A stretch of DNA of 32,000 nucleotides, taken from Ruminococcus albus 7 = DSM 20455. GTDB taxonomy: Bacteria; Bacillota; Clostridia; Oscillospirales; Ruminococcaceae. Below are positions 22,034 to 30,579 of the stretch, piece by piece. The stretch is from positions 90,001 through 122,000 of the forward strand of contig NC_014824.1 in the NCBI RefSeq assembly GCF_000179635.2, read 5' to 3'. The notes below the pieces were generated by a model that was not told the DNA's origin, ran no database searches, and was given only the letters and a program-made list of their open reading frames with translations. The position numbers and the translations under genes are program-made. Each line of letters opens with the position of its first letter. The first letter of the stretch is position 1.

Positions 22034-23002
22034 TCATATATTCTCTTTTTTGTATATTTTAAGTTTATCAGAAATAGCACTAATTTCTTTTCTGTATTTT
22101 TCTCCCCAAACAAAAATATTGCCATTGTTTGATATCCAACCCCAGGAGCTATCCCAATCTACTATAATAGTAAAATCATGCAAAGGCGATATCTGTAAAG
22201 AATTATTTCTGTTTTTATCTCTTTCGATACAATAATTGTAGAATACACCGTCCGTAAAAATCCGCACATTTGAAATATCTGTTACACTATTTTCCATAAC
22301 ATTCACGAACAATTTATATAAGTCATCTGAATAGGGCACATCATCAGAAGGGTGATATGTATATACATCATATGGCATCGGCGGTACAAAGCGGTGTTCT
22401 TTCAGCGAAAAGGAAAACCGTCTTTCCCAATCCGAGGTGAAGTTTTTCACAAATACTTCTTTGAATACAGTGTACGGATCATCCAGCTTATCTTGTATTT
22501 TAACCATGTAATTGTATTGACCAATAATACATTCGGTAAATGTATGACGTTTCAAACTCAATATATCGGTGCTGTTTGAATCAAGATAATATACTTTCGG
22601 GTCGTCACCATCACCAAACCTAAAGAAGTTGATACATTCTGTCGCGTGAGACTTGAAGAAAAAACAATCGTCGATATCAAATCCAAATTTGCAGAAATTC
22701 TCTGTAAGTTGTTTATCATACAATATATCTTTCTTTATATCCAAAAACGAGAGCGAACCATCTTTATTATGGACTATTTGTTTATAATCATCACCGTCCC
22801 ACATACCAAAATTCTGTCCTGCATTTCTCAGGAAATCGATATATGCTTTCGGCATGATTTTGGGGCTTACTCTGCCTATTAATGTTGATATATCAGTTTC
22901 ATTCATCGGCTCACACTTCATCGTTGTATTCGCTTTAATGAAATCAAAGAAATCCTGAATGTCGATCCGTTCTTCGTATATACATGGATATTTACTTTTC
23001 AT
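22034..23002 (-). CDS. SMI1/KNR4 (SUKH-1)-like protein, 322 aa
   Basis: The N-terminal block ISTLIGRVSPKIMPKAYIDFLRNAG resembles the SUKH motif (ie..lg..lP..y..fl...ng) from memory. The remainder is not recognised. Confidence 0.5.
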   Translation of the reverse strand: MKSKYPCIYEERIDIQDFFDFIKANTTMKCEPMNETDISTLIGRVSPKIMPKAYIDFLRNAGQNFGMWDGDDYKQIVHNKDGSLSFLDIKKDILYDKQLTENFCKFGFDIDDCFFFKSHATECINFFRFGDGDDPKVYYLDSNSTDILSLKRHTFTECIIGQYNYMVKIQDKLDDPYTVFKEVFVKNFTSDWERRFSFSLKEHRFVPPMPYDVYTYHPSDDVPYSDDLYKLFVNVMENSVTDISNVRIFTDGVFYNYCIERDKNRNNSLQISPLHDFTIIVDWDSSWGWISNNGNIFVWGEKYRKEISAISDKLKIYKKENI

Positions 23003-23436
23003 AATTATCCCTCCTCAAAATATCTTGTAAAATCTCGTAAATACTCGCGAAATCTCAGTATTTCATAATGATAAGTTCAAGAAATGAACCAAGTTATGGA
23101 TGATCCAAAGCATTGAATGCCGGATTTAACGTTATCAGGGTATAGCAAACAAAACGTCTTGAGAGATCTGTTTTGACAGCCTTGATGCGACCCATATCCG
23201 TTACGGCAGCAAATCTCCTCTGTCCAACGGGATCATTCGTCACGCGAAGTCCCAACTTCCTTCGTTCTGCCTATCCATAACAGGGCGTCGGCGCAGCTCC
23301 TTTGCGAGGTCTTGCCCCTTGGTAATAATTCCTGCCGACTGCCGGCTCATCCTTTGTTGTTTTCTTAATGTTGCTTCCTCTGCAGCACCTTTCGGCGGAC
23401 GCTGCCTGCAGTTTCAGCTTGTAGGTCTTACACCCG

Positions 23437-24593
23437 TTAAGCTGCTTGCGGCTCTTCGGGACGCCTGATGTCTCTTAACAGTTTTTCCGGCTCATAGTCA
23501 GCACCGCTTTTCAGTATGGCATAAAACACTCGTATCAGCTTGTTTGACAGTACCATTAGCGACTGTTTCTTTTTCAGCGGATTCGTTTTTCTGCCTGTGT
23601 AATAGTGATGTATTTCCTTGAATTCCGGATTTGTCGCTGTCAGTGATAAGACTGCCTCAAACAGAAGAAACCTAAGCCGCTTCCGCCCTCGCTTACTTAT
23701 CCTTGACTGCCCTTTATCTGCATCAGCTTCTTTGCATAAGGCACCTTACTGACCAGTGTTTCGATCAGTTCCATTATCTGTTCAAGTCGGTTTTGAAGTC
23801 TGTCGTAGTCCTCAAGCAGCAGAAATATCTCCAACCTCGCAGTTTCATGTCCCTCGGTATGACCGATGCTTCGCCTTGCAGCCTCTACCAGGGTCTTAGC
23901 CCTCTTTTTACCGACTGCTCTCAGCTTGGCTTCACGCCATATCTCATTGATCTTTTCCTCTCCGAGCGCTATGATGTCACACGGCAGTGCGGCTTTTTTC
24001 AGTATCATCATACTGCTGACTGCACTGAAACTACCGTAAACGTCTTTATACTCCGGAAAGTATATCGTAAACCAGCGCTGTATGCGATTTTTGATCCGTG
24101 TGAGTTCTGCCTCTGCCTGAAACCTAAGAACGGTTGCATTTCTTAGCTCGGCGTATATACACTCAGGCATATACGGATAAGCGTATCTGCCTTCGATGAC
24201 GAGTTTCGCAATTGTTTTGGGATCCTTCCTGTCGTTCTTGCTGGGAAGGTGATCATCAAGTTCTTTGCTTCGCTTAACGTGGAGCGGATTGACCAGTACC
24301 GGCTGCATTCCGTTATCCTGAATAAACTTAGCGAGATCGAACCAATAATGTCCTGTCGGCTCCATAGCCGGCATAACGGTTTCTTTTCCGCTCTTTTCCA
24401 TGATCCCGGTGATCCATTCAAAAAAGCCTGCGAATCCTTCTGCGTCATTTGTGAACACATAGGCCTTCTTTGAATATTCCATCCCTCTCCAGTCAAATGC
24501 TCTGGCATGGTGCTTTTCGCTGCCTACATCGATCCCGACAATTATTTTTTCTTCTCCTACTTGCAAAATCTTTTCATTTTGTGTATAATACAT
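23437..24593 (-). pseudogene. IS110-family transposase gene with an internal deletion and frameshift
   Basis: The N-terminal DEDD domain ORF (IVGIDVGSEKHHA..., 24593-23697) stops after ...KKLMQIKGSQG*. The C-terminal domain continues in another frame: ISKRGRKRLRFLLFEAVLSLTATNPEFKEIHHYYTGRKTNPLKKKQSLMVLSNKLIRVFYAILKSGADYEPEKLLRDIRRPEEPQAA*, with its stop at 23437-23439. Confidence 0.75.
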
Positions 24594-25001
24594 ATAGGGG
24601 ACACCTTTCTGTAGTTTGTATTACTAACTTTCGCATCGTCAGTATTTACATTCTACACTGAGGTGTTCTTTTTTGCAACCCCTTGATTTGTTTGGTTACA
24701 GGAAGCTCCTTAATTTATTTATAAAACAATCACACTGCTTTGTACTGCATTTGAGGACTAGTATTTTTGTGTAATCAATACTTAGATACTATTCCGTTAT
24801 GTATTGTTGTAATTCCACCAGTCCCATCATAAACTGTAATTTTTATACATGGAAAATTCAAGCTAAAGGCTCACTTTCTTATAGTGGACAAAGTCTCCAA
24901 ATTATCTACTCACTTACTGGTTGCAACAACTACAAGATTAGTAAGCTTAATCGCATTAGGAACAAGGCAAGCATTCCACTCCTCTGACCGTTAAAATTCA
25001 G

Positions 25002-25035
25002 AAAAAGACCTCACCGGTAAAGTGAGGTCTTTTCT
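25002..25035. terminator. Bidirectional intrinsic terminator
   Basis: aaaaagacctcac-cggtaaa-gtgaggtctttt. Confidence 0.7.
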
Positions 25036-25890
25036 AATTGTTTTCCCCAAAAAAATTTTAGGAGGATTAGTGATTGATGATTCGAAATTATTATATCATA
25101 AACAGCGCTCGATGTCAAGCAGTTTATACACGACCTAAAGGTTGCTACATATGACAACTTTTTTTGTAAGTCAGTTTTCTGACACTACTGAGCATCCGAG
25201 TGTTTGATTTATGCTGCTCTTCTAGACAGTATCCTCCAGACAAAAAACTATTCAGAAATTTCTTCAAATAAAACCTTCATCTTTGATTTCATGCGAAGAA
25301 AAAACAAAAGGCATATCTACGATGCACTAAACGAAATCAAAAAACCAAGTTCAAAATAAAACAGCAGGGAAGTGCTAAGAAAATCAAACGTGAAAATAAA
25401 AAAATAGTGCTTTGAAAAAAATTTTTATTCCAAAATAAAAAAAATAATTTAATTTCTATATCCCCTAAAACCACGTATTTTCGGGATAAATCAGCCTTTT
25501 GCATTTATTAATATAACATTTACAAAAACTTTATAAAAGAATTTATATGGAATTTCAATATTCAGAAAAGTCCGAAAACAAGCCATTTGACGGTAATTCA
25601 CTATTTAAAAAAGGCAAAAAAACAATAAAAAAAATAGTTTTTTCCTTTTTTATCTAAATAAATTTTCTTATATAATACTTGTAGTGATAATGATTGATAA
25701 TTTGGAGTCTAGTGATCGTCTTATAAAATAAGCTTATGTAATATATAATGAAGCACTTAATGAAATAAATAATGAATGATTCAGTAGGACATAAATGTAC
25801 GTATGAAATATTTTTTGAATCTGTAGTTATACTCAGTATCGTAGAAATGAAAAATCCAGTAAGAGCTTATACAAGATGATCTAATTATGC

Positions 25891-25923
25891 CGGACTCGGA
25901 ATAAACTGAGTCCGTTTTTTTTT
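25891..25923 (+). terminator. Orphan intrinsic terminator in AT-rich non-coding DNA
   Basis: cggactc / gagtccg stem followed by nine T. Confidence 0.65.
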
Positions 25924-26050
25924 GTTGAAATCAAAATTTCAGGTTTTCATTTTGAACGTAAATACAATAACAGTAATGAATAATTACAAACTAATAGTAC
26001 GGGCGGGTCCGTATAGAAACGGATCCGCCCTATTTTCATTATATTTCGTT

Positions 26051-26566
26051 TTAATCTTCCAGATCCAGTGGCAGATACATGGGTATGCATCTTTTTTCAC
26101 CGTCATTTTTAGCCATCTTCATGTCATCCTCTAATTCTTCAAACCCATTGCGTTTATAAAGATAGTAGCCTTCCTCGGTAGATGACAATGTTATGAAGGT
26201 AAAACCAACATAGTTGTCCTGCAGGTGCAACACACGGTTAAAACAATCGCCCAGCAGAAAATCAGAAACATAGCCTTCTTCATCAAATTTCACCTTATGG
26301 TATTCCTGATCAAGTGCGAGGTAGTTTATGTAAATTGTTCCACCCATTCGGATACTTTGATCATCTTCGATATGTCCTGTACTTATATTGTAGTAGCCAA
26401 CAATAGCATCTTCCGAAATCAGCACATAGGTCTTGCCAAACAATGGATCGAGGGAAATGCTGTCACGCAGGAACATATTGATCGCTTCATTGCCACAGTC
26501 GAATTTAGAAGCGAATTGCTTTTGAAGTTCTTTTGTGTAGGGGATGGTGTGAAATGTATCAGTCAT
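26051..26566 (-). CDS. GNAT acetyltransferase of the AtaT/TacT-like (tRNA-acetylating toxin) type
   Basis: 171 aa. The N-terminal FDCGNEAINMFLRD motif matches FDCGEEALNLFL / FDCGDADLNQFL of AtaT/TacT (recalled). It is followed by KTYVL..., and the size is similar. Confidence 0.65.
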   Translation of the reverse strand: MTDTFHTIPYTKELQKQFASKFDCGNEAINMFLRDSISLDPLFGKTYVLISEDAIVGYYNISTGHIEDDQSIRMGGTIYINYLALDQEYHKVKFDEEGYVSDFLLGDCFNRVLHLQDNYVGFTFITLSSTEEGYYLYKRNGFEELEDDMKMAKNDGEKRCIPMYLPLDLED

Positions 26567-26726
26567 CAGTTTTTACCATAATGATCTTATTGTTCTTTTT
26601 ATCTAAGAACATTTTGGATCCGCGCAACATGGCAGCATTTCTGTCAAGTCTTGACTTGCAGCGAGTCCTTTTGACCTTGCCACCTGTTCTGAAAGGCTTA
26701 TCTCCTGGCATTGAATATGCTCCCAT
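26559..26726 (-). CDS. Small basic ORF (55 aa) translationally coupled to the GNAT gene; possible short or degenerate antitoxin
   Basis: SD aaggag, then ATG 26726. Sequence MGAYSMPGDKPFRTGGKVKRTRCKSRLDRNAAMLRGSKMFLDKKNNKIIMVKTDD. Its stop overlaps the GNAT start by 8 nt. The ORF track omits it because it is under 60 aa. Confidence 0.4.
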   Translation of the reverse strand: MGAYSMPGDKPFRTGGKVKRTRCKSRLDRNAAMLRGSKMFLDKKNNKIIMVKTDD

Positions 26727-27072
26727 GAAAATCATCTCCTTACAATTTGGTCGAGTTTTTTCTCAATAATATTATATCACATCTTGGTCGAATAATCAAG
26801 CTATCTTAAAAATTTCATATTCACTCGGCTCTATGCGATAGTTCTAATTTCGTTTATGATACCAAGGCATCTGTTACAACATCAAAAGTGCCGGATGATC
26901 TTTTTCTAGATTTTGTAATTTTCATATATGATAATTTCAGTACCAGTACATCTAACAGGAATGAGAAAATCAACCAGCAAATGAACGACACATAGTTACT
27001 GTCAAAATATACATTAATATAATTTTCTAATATGAATTAGCAACAAATAATTAAGAAAATATATCGAAATTA

Positions 27073-27101
27073 TTGACATTGATAATTATATGTGATATCA
27101 T
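27073..27101 (+). promoter_or_regulatory. Promoter of the large DUF285 LRR gene
   Basis: TTGACA, 17-nt spacer, TATCAT. Homologous to 3542-3570. Confidence 0.5.
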
Positions 27102-27162
27102 ATTTTGGGAAATATTGATATTTATTACGATTTTCAACACGATAATTTAGGAGGTCATTAAA

Positions 27163-29547
27163 ATGAAGATGAAAAAAGTATTAGCGGTAGTGATGGCGTT
27201 TTGTATGGTGGCAGGTGCGGTTAGCTTTGGAGCGCCTGTTATTGCACAAAGTATAACCGCTGAGGCAGCTAATGCAAGCTGTTGTTCAATGAATTATAAT
27301 ACAGGTGTGCTTACACTTAGTGGTGAAGTTGACGCTAGTGCTGTAAAGGCATATGCTAATAATAAGAATGTAAAATCCGTTGTAGCCGAAGAAGAAACTG
27401 TTTTTCCTGAAAACTGCAGTAAGCTGTTTTATAATTTCAAATACTGCACTTATATGGATCTTTCAAAAGCGGATACAAGCAAAGTAACAAATATGAGTTA
27501 TATGTTTAGCTCGTGTAATGCATTGAAAACTCTCAATATTAGCGGTTTTAAAACGAGCAAGGTTACAGATATGAGCCATATGTTTTATTGGTGTAATAAA
27601 CTAACAACTCTTGATTTAAGCGGATTTGATACAAGCAATGTTACAGATATGAGTTATATGTTTAATTGGTGCATTGACCTGACAACTCTTGATTTAAGCA
27701 GATTTAACACGAGCAATGTCACAGATATGAGCTATATGTTTTATTGGTGTAATAACCTGCCAACTCTTGATTTAAGCAGATTTGATACAAGCAAGGTTAC
27801 AGATATGAGTGGTATGTTTGGCGGTTGTTACAGTTTAGCTACTTTAAATACTAGAGTGTTAAATACAAGCAAAGTTACAAATATGAGCAGTATGTTCTAT
27901 TCCTGTGCCGGTTTGACTACAATTGATCTGAGTAGATTTAATACAAGCAATGTAACAGATATGAGTGGTATGTTTAATATCTGTTCAGGTTTGACCACGA
28001 TTGATCTGAGTAGGTTTAATACAAGCAATGTAACAGATATGAGTGCTATGTTTGGTTCTTGTTCTGGTTTGTCTACAATTGATCTGAGTGTATTAAATAC
28101 TAGCAAAGTAACAAATATGGCCAATATGTTTAGCGGCTGTTCAGGTTTGACTGAACTTGATCTGAGTGGGTTTGATACAAGCAATGTAACAAATATGAGC
28201 AGTATGTTTAACGGCTGTTCAGGTTTGACTGAACTTGATCTGAGTGGGTTTGATACAAGCAATGTAATAAATATGAGCAGTATGTTCAGTTACTGTACCG
28301 GTTTTACATCATTAGACCTAAGCGGATTTGACGCAAACAGTGTTACCGATATGAAATATATGTTCTCGGGCTGTTCTAACCTGACCTCGCTTGATCTGAG
28401 CGGATTTGATACCGGTAATGTCACCAATATGTGGAGTATGTTCGGGTATTGCACCTCTTTGTCTAAACTTGATGTAAGCAGTTTTGATACAAGCAATGTT
28501 ACAGAAATGACATATATGTTCACTGGTTGTAACAAGCTTACAGAACTTGATTTGAGTAATTTTGATACAAGCAATGTTTGGCAAATGAGTAATATGTTTT
28601 CCGGCTGTTCAGGTTTAACTTCGCTTGATGTTAGCAGCTTTGATACTAAAAAAGGCTATAATATGTCTAATATGTTCAAGAATTGTTCCAGTCTGACTTC
28701 ACTTGATGTAAGTGGATTTGATGTAAGCGAAGCTTCATTTATGGATGGTATGTTTGAGGGCTGTTCCGGTTTGACTGAACTTGATATCAGCGGTTTCAAA
28801 ACAAACAATGTTACCAATACGTACAATATGTTTGCTGGTTGTTCGGGTCTGAGATCACTTGATCTGAGCGGTTTCAATACCAGCAAGAATCTGACCATGT
28901 ACAATATGTTCACCGGTTGTTCAAGTTTGATGTCCCTTGACCTGAGCAACTTTGATACTACTAAAATCACAGATATGAAAGAAGTGTTCAAGGGTTGTAC
29001 TGATCTTACTACACTTGATATCAGCAACTTCGATACAAGCAAGGTAACAAATATGAGTGCTATGTTCGGCGATTGTAATAATCTGAAAACCATTAAAATT
29101 GGCGAGAATTTCAAAAACATAAAAGAAGCTGCAAAGCTTCCTAACGGTGAGGGCTGGGTGAATGAAAATGCGCCTTCAACCATTATCAGCGGCAGTGATG
29201 AATTTGCTGTTATTGAAAACAGCGGCAACAACACCTTCAAGCGTTTCACACCGGTTGAAGAATACGTGCCCACATATCCCAGAAATATCAAGGTAGAATA
29301 CAGCAAAAAATATCACCAGGTCAGATTTACTTGGGACAAAGTCGAAGGTGCTGATAGATACGGCATAGCAGTATATCTGGCAGGAAAGTGGAGAGTTCAA
29401 GCGCAGAATATCACCGGAACGGTTTACACTTCTCCCAAAAATCTCACCCCGGGCAAGACCTACAAAGTGGCTATCGCCGCAAGAGTTAACGGCAGATGGG
29501 ATACAACAAACGCTATCAGACATTCGGGTACTGTTACTATCAGGTGA
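27163..29547 (+). CDS. Secreted DUF285/BspA-family LRR surface protein (794 aa, ~22 repeats) with C-terminal Fn3-like module
   Basis: SD aggagg. Signal peptide MKMKKVLAVVMAFCMVAGAVSFG. 26-aa units LDLSGFDTSNVT.MS.MF..C..LT. Tail KVEYSKKYHQVRFTWDKVEGADRYGIAVYLAGKWRV...SGTVTIR. Confidence 0.9.
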   Translation: MKMKKVLAVVMAFCMVAGAVSFGAPVIAQSITAEAANASCCSMNYNTGVLTLSGEVDASAVKAYANNKNVKSVVAEEETVFPENCSKLFYNFKYCTYMDLSKADTSKVTNMSYMFSSCNALKTLNISGFKTSKVTDMSHMFYWCNKLTTLDLSGFDTSNVTDMSYMFNWCIDLTTLDLSRFNTSNVTDMSYMFYWCNNLPTLDLSRFDTSKVTDMSGMFGGCYSLATLNTRVLNTSKVTNMSSMFYSCAGLTTIDLSRFNTSNVTDMSGMFNICSGLTTIDLSRFNTSNVTDMSAMFGSCSGLSTIDLSVLNTSKVTNMANMFSGCSGLTELDLSGFDTSNVTNMSSMFNGCSGLTELDLSGFDTSNVINMSSMFSYCTGFTSLDLSGFDANSVTDMKYMFSGCSNLTSLDLSGFDTGNVTNMWSMFGYCTSLSKLDVSSFDTSNVTEMTYMFTGCNKLTELDLSNFDTSNVWQMSNMFSGCSGLTSLDVSSFDTKKGYNMSNMFKNCSSLTSLDVSGFDVSEASFMDGMFEGCSGLTELDISGFKTNNVTNTYNMFAGCSGLRSLDLSGFNTSKNLTMYNMFTGCSSLMSLDLSNFDTTKITDMKEVFKGCTDLTTLDISNFDTSKVTNMSAMFGDCNNLKTIKIGENFKNIKEAAKLPNGEGWVNENAPSTIISGSDEFAVIENSGNNTFKRFTPVEEYVPTYPRNIKVEYSKKYHQVRFTWDKVEGADRYGIAVYLAGKWRVQAQNITGTVYTSPKNLTPGKTYKVAIAARVNGRWDTTNAIRHSGTVTIR
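27470..29080 (+). repeat. In-frame 78-bp tandem repeats, including near-identical adjacent copies (28135-28212 / 28213-28290)
   Basis: The unit ggctgttcaggtttgactgaacttgatctgagtgggtttgatacaagcaatgtaa.aaatatgagcagtatgtt occurs twice in tandem with very few differences. Confidence 0.85.
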
Positions 29548-29582
29548 CAGGATGATGCTGAAAAAATGATCTGAAAAATACG

Positions 29583-29624
29583 AAACGGATAGACCGTCAT
29601 TATCTGGCGACTATCCGTTTTTTG
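29583..29624 (+). terminator. Intrinsic terminator after the LRR gene
   Basis: aaacggatag / ctatccgttt stem followed by a T-run. Confidence 0.8.
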
Positions 29625-29819
29625 TGCTACGATTTTCATGCAATTGTAATCATTTACGCCTTCACTTGCTGTAAAAAAGTAAGCGTATAACCACACGCAC
29701 CTACCTCACCAAAGTCTAATGAAGTATAATAAACTCCAAACAACACCATGAAGTAAATTGAATAATCCAAATTGATCCATGGAGTTCATTGGAGACGATT
29801 AGACAAGGAGGTAACAGGT

Positions 29820-30137
29820 ATGGACAAAACAACATCCATCACAACAATCAAAAAAGAAATGCAGCTTCAGGAATGGTCTGCGCAGATCAAAGCACAGCAG
29901 GCAAGCGGTCTGACGATCCGGGAATGGTGCAAAGAAAATGGGATCAAGCCAAACACGTATTACAACCGCCTAAGAAAAGTGCGTGAAAAGTATATCGAAA
30001 ATTCTCCGACCATCGTTCCTGTATCAGTTCCTTGCTCAAACGAAAATATCCGCATTGAGAAAAACGGACTTCAAATATCTCTTCCGGCAGATATATCTGC
30101 GGACACTCTGACCGCTTTGGTGCATGAGCTATGCTGA
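29820..30137 (+). CDS. IS66 orf1 (small HTH accessory protein)
   Basis: SD aaggagg, then ATG 29820 (MDKTTSITTIKKEMQLQEWSAQIKAQQASGLTIREWCKENGIKPNTYYNRLRKV...). It overlaps orf2. Confidence 0.8.
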   Translation: MDKTTSITTIKKEMQLQEWSAQIKAQQASGLTIREWCKENGIKPNTYYNRLRKVREKYIENSPTIVPVSVPCSNENIRIEKNGLQISLPADISADTLTALVHELC

Positions 30138-30487
30138 ATGATCTGGCAGCGGACGCACAGGTCTATCTTGTTACGGGATACACCGACCTTCGACGCGGGA
30201 TAGACGGACTTGCGACTATCGTTCAGGCTCAGCTTCGACTTGACCCGTTCTCGAAAGCATTGTTTTTGTTCTGCGGCAGACGTTGTGACCGCATCAAAGG
30301 TCTGCTGTGGGAGGGCGATGGTTTTCTGCTGTTGTACAAGCGCCTTGACAACGGAAGATTCCAGTGGCCGCGCAGTGAGACCGAAGCAGTAATGCTCACA
30401 TCTCAGCAAATTCGCTGGCTTCTGGAAGGCTTGAAAATAGAGCAGCCGAAGGCTATCCGTGAGGGAAAGCCGGGGGCGCTGTATTAA
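30131..30487 (+). CDS. IS66 Orf2-type accessory protein
   Basis: The pattern YLVTGYTDLRRGIDGLATIVQAQLRLDPFSKALFLFCGRRCDRIKGLLWEGDGFLLLYKRLDNGRFQWPR is typical of IS66 Orf2. Confidence 0.9.
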   Translation: MLNDLAADAQVYLVTGYTDLRRGIDGLATIVQAQLRLDPFSKALFLFCGRRCDRIKGLLWEGDGFLLLYKRLDNGRFQWPRSETEAVMLTSQQIRWLLEGLKIEQPKAIREGKPGALY

Positions 30488-30579
30488 GGCAATACTTACC
30501 GAATATTCAGAATATGTGCTTGAAAAGCCCCTCTTTTCGTGGTATCATTAAAGTATCATAACGAACGGAGGGGTGCTTT

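Noticed and set aside
24700-24990. The minus-strand translation has patches vaguely like BspA LRR units (..KITVYDGTGGITTI..).
   Set aside because: It is broken by several stops, and the similarity is too weak to call a pseudogene from sequence alone.
27470-29080. Regular 78-bp repeats could be mistaken for a CRISPR-like array.
   Set aside because: The repeats are contiguous with no unique spacers, lie in frame within one long ORF, and encode 26-aa LRR units.
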